From an uncultured Alphaproteobacteria bacterium (lineage in GTDB: Bacteria; Pseudomonadota; Alphaproteobacteria; HIMB59; GCA-002718135): DNA of 64,000 nucleotides. Below are positions 1-8,933 of the stretch, in pieces. The notes beneath the pieces are model-generated. The model saw only the letters and a program-made list of their open reading frames with translations, searched no databases and was not told the origin of the DNA. Each line of letters starts with the position of its first letter. Position 1 is the first letter of the stretch. The position numbers and the translations under genes are program-made. The stretch is taken from contig CACGGX010000005.1 in the NCBI GenBank assembly GCA_902572735.1, forward strand, positions 10,136 through 74,135, in the 5' to 3' direction.

Positions 1-2
1 CT

Positions 3-848
3 TATTTGTTAATGCATTCTGGTATTGGTGATAAAGAACATTTAAAAAAATTTGATAAAGAAATAATAATTGATAATTCTAATGTTGGAAGTAATCTTCA
101 GGATCATCTTGGGTTAGATTATTTATTTAAAACTCATCATCATTCACTAAATAAATCGTTAGGAACTTGGCCAGGCAGAATTACTTCTGTATTAAAATAT
201 ATTTATAATAGGAAAGGACCATTATCACTAAGTATTAATCAGTCTGGGGGATATGTAAATTGGAATTCAAAACATCATTATCCCAACTTGCAGATATATT
301 TCAATCCGTTGACTTATTCTATTACTCATAAAAATAAAAGACCTCTTCTAAAAACTGACAAATTTAATGGTTTTATTATTGGTTATAATTCTTGTCGACC
401 AAAAAGTTTGGGTAGAGTTGCTTTGAACTCTCCTAATTTTGAAGATGCTCCATTGATTGATCCAAATTTTCTATCACATGAAGAAGATATACATGATGTG
501 AAATGCGCAATTAATTTTTCTCAAGTTTTGGCGAATACAAATAGTATAAAAAAAATAAGAAATGAAAGTGTTACGCATGATCTTTTAAATGCTACTGAAG
601 AAGAAATGATTGATCACTTTAAATCTAATGCAGTTTCTATATATCACCCTTGTGGTACTTGTAAAATGGATGAAGATCCTAAAAAAGGAGTTGTTTCTGA
701 AAGATTAAAAGTTCATGGAATGGAGAATCTTTGGATTGCTGATGCATCTGTTTTTCCAAATATTACTTCTGGCAATATAAATGCCCCTGTAATGATGCTT
801 GCTAATCTTGGAAGTAAATTTATTATTGAGGATTTAAATAAGATTTAA
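3..848 (+). CDS. GMC-family FAD oxidoreductase (choline-dehydrogenase-like), C-terminal part; the 5' end lies outside the window
   Basis: The frame is open from the window edge. It carries the C-terminal GMC signature HPCGTCKM...VHGMENLWIADASVFP..SGNINAPVMMLA. Confidence 0.8.
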   Translation, partial: YLLMHSGIGDKEHLKKFDKEIIIDNSNVGSNLQDHLGLDYLFKTHHHSLNKSLGTWPGRITSVLKYIYNRKGPLSLSINQSGGYVNWNSKHHYPNLQIYFNPLTYSITHKNKRPLLKTDKFNGFIIGYNSCRPKSLGRVALNSPNFEDAPLIDPNFLSHEEDIHDVKCAINFSQVLANTNSIKKIRNESVTHDLLNATEEEMIDHFKSNAVSIYHPCGTCKMDEDPKKGVVSERLKVHGMENLWIADASVFPNITSGNINAPVMMLANLGSKFIIEDLNKI

Positions 849-851
849 TTT

Positions 852-1952
852 ATGAAAATAGTTAAACTTGAAACATTCACAAAACCTTATGTAAGTTTTG
901 TAAAAATAACAGTTGAGGATGGCTCAATTGGTTATGGTCAAATGTCAACTTATCATGCAGATATCACAGCTCAAATTTTTCATAAGCAAGTAGCACCTTG
1001 GGTTTTAGGAAAAGAATATTTTGATTTTGATGATTTAGAAGATTTTATCTTTGAAAGAGAGCATAAATTTCCAGGATCATATCTTTTACGTGCAATAGCT
1101 GGTTTAGATACAGCATTATGGGATTTGAAAGGTAAAATTGAAAGTAAGCCTGTTGTTTCATTGATAGGAGGATCTCCAGGAAATCTAAGAATTTATGGTT
1201 CATCAATGAAAAGAGATATTACACCAGATGATGAAGCTAATAGATTTAAAAAACTCTTTGATGAAAAAGGTGTTAATGCATTTAAATTTAGAGTTGGTTC
1301 TGAATGTGGAAGAGGAGCTGACGAATGGGAAGGAAGAACACCTAATATAGTAAAAACAATAAATTCATCTTTAGATGAAAGTGTAATTAAAATGGTCGAT
1401 GCAAATAGTTGTTATAGTTCTAATCAAGCAATAGAAATTGGCAAACTTTTAGAAGATAATAATGTTACTCATTTTGAGGAACCTTGTCCTTACTGGAAGC
1501 CAGAAGAAACAAAAAAAGTTACTCATAGTTTAAAGATAGACGTTACTGGGGGTGAGCAGGATTGTGACCTTAGAATTTGGAGAGATATGGTTAACAGAAA
1601 AATTGTAAATATTTTTCAGCCTGATGTTATGTATATGGGAGGATTGACCAAAGCTTTAAAAGTAGCTAAAATAATAGAAAATGGCGGTTTTATTTGTACC
1701 CCGCATACTGCTAATTTATCTTTAGTTACAATTTGTACAATGCATTTTTTAAAAGCAATAAATAACTCGGGACCCTATCTTGAATTTTCGATTGAGGGTA
1801 AAGATTATTATCCTTGGCAACAGAATTTATTTTTAGGAGATCCTTTTAAAATATCTAACGGAACAGTTAAAATTGAAGATACTCCTGGTTGGGGTGTCGA
1901 GATTAATCCTGACTGGCTAGAGAAATCAGAATATAAAAAGACAGAAATATAA
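852..1952 (+). CDS. Enolase-superfamily enzyme (mandelate racemase/muconate lactonizing family, sugar-acid dehydratase-like)
   Basis: Has the MKIVKLE..F N-terminal capping domain and the metal-ligand region VDANSCY...FEEPC...TGGEQD typical of MR/MLE members. Confidence 0.8.
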   Translation: MKIVKLETFTKPYVSFVKITVEDGSIGYGQMSTYHADITAQIFHKQVAPWVLGKEYFDFDDLEDFIFEREHKFPGSYLLRAIAGLDTALWDLKGKIESKPVVSLIGGSPGNLRIYGSSMKRDITPDDEANRFKKLFDEKGVNAFKFRVGSECGRGADEWEGRTPNIVKTINSSLDESVIKMVDANSCYSSNQAIEIGKLLEDNNVTHFEEPCPYWKPEETKKVTHSLKIDVTGGEQDCDLRIWRDMVNRKIVNIFQPDVMYMGGLTKALKVAKIIENGGFICTPHTANLSLVTICTMHFLKAINNSGPYLEFSIEGKDYYPWQQNLFLGDPFKISNGTVKIEDTPGWGVEINPDWLEKSEYKKTEI

Positions 1953-1956
1953 AAAA

Positions 1957-2616
1957 ATGATTAAAAATATAATTTTTGATTTTGATGGAGTAATAGTTGA
2001 TAGTGAAGTGTTAGCTTCTAAAGCTTTTGCTAAATATTTTAGTAAATTTGATCAATCAATTAAAGAGGAGCAATTTTACAAATATGCTGGAAAAAAAACA
2101 GTTGAAGTAATAGATTTATTATCTGCTAAATATAAGATTGAAAATAAAGAAAAATTTACAAACGAAATATTTGATATTGTTGCAGAAGTCTATTCCAAGG
2201 ATTTAAAACTGGTTCATGGAGCAAAAGATTTTATTAGTAAATCTGAAAAAAATCATTTCATTGGATCTAATAGTAATAAAGATAGAATTCTGGATGGATT
2301 AAAGCTTGTTGGCTTAGATAAATTTTTTTTAAGTGATCAGGTTTACTCATTTGATATGGTTAAAAGACCAAAACCTGATCCCGATATATACTTGAAGGTT
2401 GTAAATGATAATTCACTTAATATAAAAGAAACTGTCATAATTGAAGATAGTGAAGTAGGTGTTAAAGCAGCTACTGCTGCAGGAGTAAGGGTATTTGGAC
2501 TTACCGCAGGAAAACATTGGCACTCAAATAGAGATACAAATGAATTATTTGACAATGGTGCTTTGAATGTATTTAGTGATTATGAAAGTCTAGGTAGGGC
2601 AATAGAGGAGCTTTAA
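1957..2616 (+). CDS. HAD-superfamily hydrolase (beta-phosphoglucomutase-like subfamily IA)
   Basis: Motif I is IIFDFDGVIVDSE. A later IIEDSEVGVKAA matches motif IV. Confidence 0.8.
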   Translation: MIKNIIFDFDGVIVDSEVLASKAFAKYFSKFDQSIKEEQFYKYAGKKTVEVIDLLSAKYKIENKEKFTNEIFDIVAEVYSKDLKLVHGAKDFISKSEKNHFIGSNSNKDRILDGLKLVGLDKFFLSDQVYSFDMVKRPKPDPDIYLKVVNDNSLNIKETVIIEDSEVGVKAATAAGVRVFGLTAGKHWHSNRDTNELFDNGALNVFSDYESLGRAIEEL

Positions 2617-3075
2617 ATGGGGCCAGATGTAAAAGGAAATCCACTGTATATTTCAGTTTATCTTTTGATAGCCTCTTATATTATTGGAGAATTTATCTTT
2701 CCTAAATATCCACTTCTATATATTCTTAATCTTTTTGGATTATTAATTATTATTTTAATGCCGATTGTGTTTTTTTCCTCAAGAAACGCATTTAATGCAC
2801 ATGAAGAAAAATTACTTCCCCAAACTGAAACAAATAAAATTATAAAAACTGGAATTTATGCTTACTCTAGAAATCCTATTTATCTATGTTTTGTTTTATT
2901 TCATTTTGGTATGTTTCTTACTTTCGAAAACATTATGTATTTCCTTTGTTCTATAGGTTTGTTTTTTTGGTTAAATAATTTTGTAATTTATGAAGAGGAA
3001 AAATACTTACAAGATAAATTTGGTGATGAATTTGAAAGATATTGTAATTCAGTTAAAAGATGGATTTTTTTCTAA
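2617..3075 (+). CDS. Isoprenylcysteine carboxyl / phospholipid methyltransferase-family membrane protein
   Basis: Multi-TM protein with GIYAYSRNPIYLCF...EEEKYLQDKFGDEFERY, the ICMT/PEMT-type C-terminal motif. Confidence 0.65.
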   Translation: MGPDVKGNPLYISVYLLIASYIIGEFIFPKYPLLYILNLFGLLIIILMPIVFFSSRNAFNAHEEKLLPQTETNKIIKTGIYAYSRNPIYLCFVLFHFGMFLTFENIMYFLCSIGLFFWLNNFVIYEEEKYLQDKFGDEFERYCNSVKRWIFF

Positions 3076-3932
3076 TTAAAATTTAATGAAGAAATTTTAT
3101 GATTTTTTTCAAATTTAATAACAATCTGAGCTTTTTTATTTAGATCATTCATCATCCATTTAGTTATCTTTTCATAATGTTGAATAAAAAATTTAATTTC
3201 ACTTGGTTTCATTCTTTTTGATTTTTTACTTTTTGATTGATTAGTTTTTTCTTGTTTTAACCGCCATTTAAAAACATTATCAAAAGAGGAAGTTTTCAAA
3301 AAAATAAGTTCATCAAAAAGGTTAAATAATTTTTTATATTCTAATTTTAATTTATTATTATAAAAATTTCTCCATTGATATTTAGGGTCTTTAATTTTTT
3401 CTAAATTATTTATGTTTTTATGTAGAATTTTTTTTGGAATTTCGAAACTTCCACAACACCAACCTTCTAAGAAAAGAATATCGCATTTAGTTTTAGTTAT
3501 TCTTTTTGATTTAGAGGTGTCATCAATCAATTTATCAAATAGAGGAGTTGTGATGGGGTATTTGCCTTTATTGAATTGTTTTATATGTTTAATCAATTTT
3601 TTAATATCATGTGTTCCTGGAACACCTCTAGTTATTAATAATTGATGTATTTTTTTTGATAATAGTAATCGTTGTTTTTTTGATAAATAATAATTATCTA
3701 AACTAAGCAAAAGTATTTTCTTATTATAAAATTTTTCAATAGTTTTAGAGATGATATTTATAAATGATGATTTTCCGATACCTTGAGAGCCTCCAAATAG
3801 AAATTTTTTCGATTTACTAGAGCAAATATAATTTATTATTGGAATTAATTTATCCTCTATATACTTTTTGGAATATTTTTTATCATAAGTTTTGTGTATT
3901 TCTATTTGAATATAGTCTATTAATGCATTCAT
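3072..3932 (-). CDS. P-loop kinase of the PRK/uridine-kinase fold (D-glycerate 3-kinase / Tda10-like)
   Basis: Walker A is FGGSQGIGKSSF. Size and layout resemble plant/cyanobacterial-type glycerate kinases. Very K/N-rich. Confidence 0.5.
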   Translation of the reverse strand: MNALIDYIQIEIHKTYDKKYSKKYIEDKLIPIINYICSSKSKKFLFGGSQGIGKSSFINIISKTIEKFYNKKILLLSLDNYYLSKKQRLLLSKKIHQLLITRGVPGTHDIKKLIKHIKQFNKGKYPITTPLFDKLIDDTSKSKRITKTKCDILFLEGWCCGSFEIPKKILHKNINNLEKIKDPKYQWRNFYNNKLKLEYKKLFNLFDELIFLKTSSFDNVFKWRLKQEKTNQSKSKKSKRMKPSEIKFFIQHYEKITKWMMNDLNKKAQIVIKFEKNHKISSLNFN

Positions 3933-3964
3933 TTAATATTTATTTATAAACAAAATACTTTTAC

Positions 3965-4558
3965 ATGAAATTTCTTTTTGATTTAGGTGGTGTTTTTTTT
4001 GATTGGGACCCCAATTATTTCTTTAAAAATGTGTTTGATGATGATGAAGAAAGAAAATATTTTTTAACTGAGGTGTGTAATGATCAATGGAACTTCCAAC
4101 AAGATGCTGGTAGATCTATTGCAGAAGCAGAGTTAGAGCTTATTCCTAAATTTCCACATTATGAAAATGAAATTAAAATGTATTACAAAAACCATCGTAA
4201 AATGATTAGAGGTACTTTTGAGGAGTCAATTAAGGTACTAAGACAACTTAAAGATAAAAATTATAAATGCTATGTTTTATCTAATTGGTCAGCAGAAACG
4301 TTTGAAGGAATACCAATAGATTATCCTTTTATGCAGTTATTTGATGGGCTACTTATATCTGGCGAAGATAAACTTATAAAACCTGATAGGGCTATTTATG
4401 AATTAGCGAAAAAACGCTTTAATTTAGATCCAGAAGAAACTGTATTTATTGATGATAAGTTAGAAAATATAGAGGCTGCTCAAAAAATGAATTTTAAGAC
4501 GATACATTTAACAAATCCAAAAAATATTGAAATGGAAATTAAAAAATTTCTAGTTTAA
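3965..4558 (+). CDS. HAD-superfamily hydrolase (subfamily IA variant 3)
   Basis: N-terminal FDLGGVFFDW (DxG variant of motif I), SNWS, and FIDDKLENIEAA as motif IV. Confidence 0.7.
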   Translation: MKFLFDLGGVFFDWDPNYFFKNVFDDDEERKYFLTEVCNDQWNFQQDAGRSIAEAELELIPKFPHYENEIKMYYKNHRKMIRGTFEESIKVLRQLKDKNYKCYVLSNWSAETFEGIPIDYPFMQLFDGLLISGEDKLIKPDRAIYELAKKRFNLDPEETVFIDDKLENIEAAQKMNFKTIHLTNPKNIEMEIKKFLV

Positions 4559-4581
4559 TACTTCAGAGGTTTTTTTAAAAT

Positions 4582-5733
4582 ATGAAAAATATGTTTGATA
4601 TTTTTATTATTGGCGGAGGTATTAATGGAGCAGGAATTGCACGTGATGCAAGTGGCAGAGGTCTTAAAGTTTATTTAGCAGAAAAGGGTAAGGTAGGATC
4701 AGCCACGTCTTCTTGGTCTTCAAAATTAATACATGGTGGATTAAGATATTTAGAAAATTATGAGTTCAAACTTGTAGCTGAGTCTCTTAGAGAAAGAGAA
4801 GTAATTACACAAATTGCCCCAGCAATTACAAAGCCTCTACCATTTGTTATTCCTCATACTAAAAAATTAAGATCTAAATTGTTAATTAGACTTGGATTAT
4901 TTTTATATGATAATCTTGGTGGTAAAACAAAAATCCCTAAATCATCCAAAATCATTTTTGCAAAGCAATATCAAAATATTTTACAATCTAAATTTACAGA
5001 GGGTTTTCGTTATTATGATGTTCAAGTAGATGATAAAAAATTAGTAGAAATGAATATTGATGATGCAAAAAAAAAGGGTGCCATTATTGAAGAAGATACA
5101 AAAGTAATAAATGCGAACAGAATAGATAATTATTGGGAGATAACGCTCAATAATAATGAAAAAATTAAATCAAAAATATTAATTAATGCTGCAGGGCCTT
5201 GGATAAATGAAATTGTCAATAATGTTCTCAAAATTAATGCAAAAAAATCTATCAGATTAGTCAGAGGTAGTCATATCATCACTAAAAAATTATATGATGA
5301 GGAAGTTGCGTTTACTTTACAAAATGAGGATAATAGAATTGTTTTCGTAATTCCTTATAAAGGTGAGTATTCTCTTATTGGTACTACTGAAGTTGATGTT
5401 GATACACCAGATAACCCCTCTATATCAAATGAAGAAAAAATTTATTTAATTAATACTATTAATAATCATTTTATTAAGCAAATTTCTCAAGAAGATATAG
5501 TTGAGACTTACTCTGGAATACGTCCTTTAATTGAAGATTTTAAAGAGGCTACAAAAGTTACGAGAGATTATATATTTGATTTAAATGAGGATAACTCTCA
5601 GGCCCCACTATTAAATATTTACGGAGGAAAGCTCACGACATATAGAAAATTGGCTGAAAATGTTCTTCTCGCTCTTAATAAATATATTCCTGTAAATAAA
5701 AAAAATTCTTGGACTGCTAAGCAAAAACTATAA
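4582..5733 (+). CDS. glpD: FAD-dependent glycerol-3-phosphate dehydrogenase, short form that ends where the canonical C-terminal domain would begin
   Basis: DIFIIGGGINGAGIARDASGRGLKV...SSKLIHGGLRYLE...GGKLTTYRKLAE aligns with GlpD. The ORF stops at ...WTAKQKL. Confidence 0.8.
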   Translation: MKNMFDIFIIGGGINGAGIARDASGRGLKVYLAEKGKVGSATSSWSSKLIHGGLRYLENYEFKLVAESLREREVITQIAPAITKPLPFVIPHTKKLRSKLLIRLGLFLYDNLGGKTKIPKSSKIIFAKQYQNILQSKFTEGFRYYDVQVDDKKLVEMNIDDAKKKGAIIEEDTKVINANRIDNYWEITLNNNEKIKSKILINAAGPWINEIVNNVLKINAKKSIRLVRGSHIITKKLYDEEVAFTLQNEDNRIVFVIPYKGEYSLIGTTEVDVDTPDNPSISNEEKIYLINTINNHFIKQISQEDIVETYSGIRPLIEDFKEATKVTRDYIFDLNEDNSQAPLLNIYGGKLTTYRKLAENVLLALNKYIPVNKKNSWTAKQKL

Positions 5734-5887
5734 TTGGTATCCCTCTTAAATAACTTTTCAAATTTGGTGGGCAGAAAAGTTTTATAAGAGGAATACTTCT
5801 TATAGGAGGAAATAATATGAACCCTCTGCCCAGAGGTATTTTAGTGTAAATTTGTGATATTCATTAAAAATTTTAAAAAAAAGGATG

Positions 5888-5913
5888 TATTGCCCCTAAT
5901 ATAAGGGGCAATA
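5888..5913 (-). terminator. Rho-independent terminator of the minus-strand ABC operon (also closes convergent glpD)
   Basis: A 10-bp perfect stem tattgcccct/aggggcaata with a 6-nt loop. An A8 run on the plus side gives a T-run on the minus strand after the hairpin. Confidence 0.7.
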
Positions 5914-5928
5914 ATTAATACGATTCTA

Positions 5929-7035
5929 TTATTTAAATGCTTGTCCTGAACTATCAAATAATTGGCATCTTCCAGCAGGGAAACCAACTTTTACAGTATC
6001 ACCAACTTTAATTTCTGAATGTCCTTCAGTTTCAGCAACTAGAGGCTCTCCATCTTTTTCAAGGTATAGGTAAGTAACGTCACCGAGTTTTTCAACAACA
6101 AATACTTTACTCTCCCACGAACCATCTGAATCACCATTTACCACTAAGTGTTCAGGTCTAATACCTAAACTTACAGAATCACCCTCTGATGATGATGCAG
6201 ACATTTTAGGAATTGATATTTTTGACATTCCCATAATATCAACTTCCGTAGCATCAGAACTTTTGCTTAAGATCTTACTTGAGATAAAGTTCATTTTTGG
6301 CGATCCAATAAATCCACCTACAAACATATTATTTGGTTTATCATAAAGTTCTAGTGGAGATCCTTTTTGTGAAACGATACCTGTATCAAGAACAACAATA
6401 TCATCAGCAAGTGTCATTGCTTCTGTCTGATCGTGTGTAACATAGATCATTGTTGCTTCTAGTTCATTATGAAGTTTTGCTAACTCAACTCTCATTTGAA
6501 CCCTTAATGCAGCATCAAGGTTTGAAAGTGGTTCATCAAATAAGAAAACTTTTGGCTTTCTTGTAATTGCTCTTCCAATAGCAACACGTTGTCTTTGACC
6601 ACCTGAAAGTTGTTTTGGCTTTCTCTGAAGATAATCTTCTATTTGAAGAATTCTTGCTGCCTCATTAACTCTTTCATTAATCTCATCTTTTGATCTTTTT
6701 TCTAATTTTAAACCAAAAGCCATATTATCAAATACAGTCATGTGAGGGTATAATGCATAAGATTGAAACACCATTGCAATATTTCTTTGCTTTGGTGGTA
6801 AATCATTAACTACCTGACCATCAATTGAAATTGTACCTGAATTTATATCTTCAAGTCCTGCTATCATTCTTAACATAGTTGATTTACCACAACCACTAGG
6901 TCCGACTAGAACTGTGAACGATTGACTTTTGATGTCTAGAGATACGTCTTTGATTACATGGACGTCTCCAAAATATTTATTTACAGTATTTATATTTATA
7001 TCTGCCACTTCATCCTCCTTTGAGCGATTTTTCAA
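5929..7035 (-). CDS. CUT1 sugar ABC transporter ATP-binding protein (MalK/UgpC/MsiK type)
   Basis: Walker A GPSGCGKST, signature LSGGQRQRVA, Walker B FLFDEPLSNLD, plus a C-terminal TOBE-like regulatory domain. Confidence 0.9.
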   Translation of the reverse strand: MKNRSKEDEVADININTVNKYFGDVHVIKDVSLDIKSQSFTVLVGPSGCGKSTMLRMIAGLEDINSGTISIDGQVVNDLPPKQRNIAMVFQSYALYPHMTVFDNMAFGLKLEKRSKDEINERVNEAARILQIEDYLQRKPKQLSGGQRQRVAIGRAITRKPKVFLFDEPLSNLDAALRVQMRVELAKLHNELEATMIYVTHDQTEAMTLADDIVVLDTGIVSQKGSPLELYDKPNNMFVGGFIGSPKMNFISSKILSKSSDATEVDIMGMSKISIPKMSASSSEGDSVSLGIRPEHLVVNGDSDGSWESKVFVVEKLGDVTYLYLEKDGEPLVAETEGHSEIKVGDTVKVGFPAGRCQLFDSSGQAFK

Positions 7036-7099
7036 GTGCTAAGATCACTATAATCTTGATATATTTTAGAACAAATTAAATTTTAAATCTATAAAAAAT

Positions 7100-7963
7100 T
7101 TAACCTTTTATACTACCAGCTGTTAATCCAGACATAATTCTGCCTTGTAAAAGAAGGGTAATTATTACCAAAGGAACTGTAACTATAACTGAAGCGGCCA
7201 TAATACTTCCCCATGGCACCTCATACTCTATAGTCCCATTGATAAGAGCTATACCTACAGTAATTGTTCTATCACTATTAGTAGCTGTAAAGGTCAGGGC
7301 AAAAAGAAATTCATTCCACACTGCAATCATTGCCATAATTGCTGTAGTAAAGATTGCTGGGGTCATAATTGGGAGAAAAATTTTTCTTAAAATAAGAAAC
7401 GAAGATGCGCCATCTACAATTGCTGCCTCTTCAATTTCCTTAGGAACTCCTTTCATAAAAGTAGTTAATACCCATACGGTAAAAGGTATATTAAACATAG
7501 TATATGTAAAACATAACCATAAGAGAGAAGTTACACCCTTGACCCTTAGATCAAAAATATTAAAATAGAAATCTTTAAAATTTAAAAATAGCTGATACAT
7601 GCCTGTTAGAACAGCTATTTGCGGAAACATTGAAATAGCTAGAATTACAAATAAAAACATGCTTCTGCCTTTAAAATTTACTCTACTTAATGACCAAGCA
7701 GCAAAATAAGAAATTGTAATTGAGATTGAAACAGTAACAGTTGCAACAAATAATGAATTTAGAATTGTCTGAGGGAAATTATGCTCAAATAAAAGATAAT
7801 TATAATTTTTTGGATTTATTTCTGTAGGGAAGAAATTTGGTTCAAAAACTGCTGAACTTCCCTCTAATGATGTCATGACAGAATAATAAAATGGAAAAAC
7901 ACAAAATATAATTACTATCATTTGAAGACTGTATTTAAATATTTTATCGTAAACTTTATTCAT
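7100..7963 (-). CDS. CUT1 sugar ABC transporter permease (UgpE/MalG-like)
   Basis: Six-TM protein with EAA loop EIEEAAIVDGASSFLILRKIFLP. Confidence 0.9.
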   Translation of the reverse strand: MNKVYDKIFKYSLQMIVIIFCVFPFYYSVMTSLEGSSAVFEPNFFPTEINPKNYNYLLFEHNFPQTILNSLFVATVTVSISITISYFAAWSLSRVNFKGRSMFLFVILAISMFPQIAVLTGMYQLFLNFKDFYFNIFDLRVKGVTSLLWLCFTYTMFNIPFTVWVLTTFMKGVPKEIEEAAIVDGASSFLILRKIFLPIMTPAIFTTAIMAMIAVWNEFLFALTFTATNSDRTITVGIALINGTIEYEVPWGSIMAASVIVTVPLVIITLLLQGRIMSGLTAGSIKG

Positions 7964-8877
7964 TATTCCATTTCATCCAATTTATGTAATCTTGTTCTTT
8001 GTATAAATATAACTGCTATTACGCCTATAATTAGTGTCAACATTGTAGAGGCGGCTGCGCCAAATCCGAAATGAGAATATTCAAACATTTCTCTTCTTGC
8101 ATATACTGTCATCGACATAATATCTTTGCTGCCAGCATTAATTAAGTAGATTAAATCAAATACTCGTAATGCATCCAATCCTCTAAATACTATAGCAACT
8201 GCAATAGCAGGAAGTATTAAAGGAAGAATTATATAATAAAATTGTGTAATTCCATTAGTCCCATCAACTTTTCCTGCCTCTAATACTTCGTTTGGAAGTG
8301 CTTTTAGTCCAGCATAAACTAAAATTGCAACAAATGGAGATGTTTTCCATGCATCAATAATGATAATAACAATCATGGATGTCTGGGGATCAGTTGTCCA
8401 AGCTTTACCTTGCTCAATAATGCCCATTCCAATAAGAATATAATTAAATATACCAAACTGATCTTGCAACATCCATTCAAACATTCTTGCACTAACTATT
8501 GTTGGTATTGCCCACGGTATTAAAACTGCTGCTCTAACAAACCATTTTAATTTATTTTCAATTAGCATAATGAGTGCGAAGCTAATTCCTAATATAACTT
8601 CAAGACTTACAGAAAAAACACTAAAAACTATTGTGTTTCTTACAGAGTTCCAAAATAAACTGTCTGCGAGAACCCCGTACCACATACCCTCATAGTTTTC
8701 TAAATAGTTTATGAAGCCAACATAATTTGGATCTAGAAAATTTTCTAACTCTGCATCAGTAAGGCTTAAATAAAGCGTACTAATTAATGGATATAAAGCA
8801 GAAGATAATAATACTATTGTTACAGGTATTAAAAAAATAAATGCTGTTCTTTTTCTTAATTCACTAACTGATTTCAT
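7963..8877 (-). CDS. CUT1 sugar ABC transporter permease (UgpA/MalF-like)
   Basis: EAA loop EVLEAGKVDGTNGITQFYYIILP. Overlaps the next permease by 1 nt. Confidence 0.9.
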   Translation of the reverse strand: MKSVSELRKRTAFIFLIPVTIVLLSSALYPLISTLYLSLTDAELENFLDPNYVGFINYLENYEGMWYGVLADSLFWNSVRNTIVFSVFSVSLEVILGISFALIMLIENKLKWFVRAAVLIPWAIPTIVSARMFEWMLQDQFGIFNYILIGMGIIEQGKAWTTDPQTSMIVIIIIDAWKTSPFVAILVYAGLKALPNEVLEAGKVDGTNGITQFYYIILPLILPAIAVAIVFRGLDALRVFDLIYLINAGSKDIMSMTVYARREMFEYSHFGFGAAASTMLTLIIGVIAVIFIQRTRLHKLDEME

Positions 8878-8894
8878 ACTTCAACATTAAAAAA

Positions 8895-8915
8895 AAGGGG
8901 ATATAAAATCCCCTT
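8895..8915 (-). other. Intra-operon stem-loop between the binding-protein and permease genes
   Basis: aaggggat-ataaa-atcccctt, an 8-bp perfect stem in the 56-nt spacer after the binding-protein gene. Confidence 0.55.
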
Positions 8916-8933
8916 AATTTTTATATATAATTA

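Noticed and set aside
5734-5928. I searched the glpD downstream spacer in all frames for the missing GlpD C-terminal domain, which would indicate a frameshift pseudogene.
   Set aside because: No frame continues with GlpD-like sequence and the spacer is too short. The gene is therefore reported as a short form or truncation, not as a frameshifted pseudogene.
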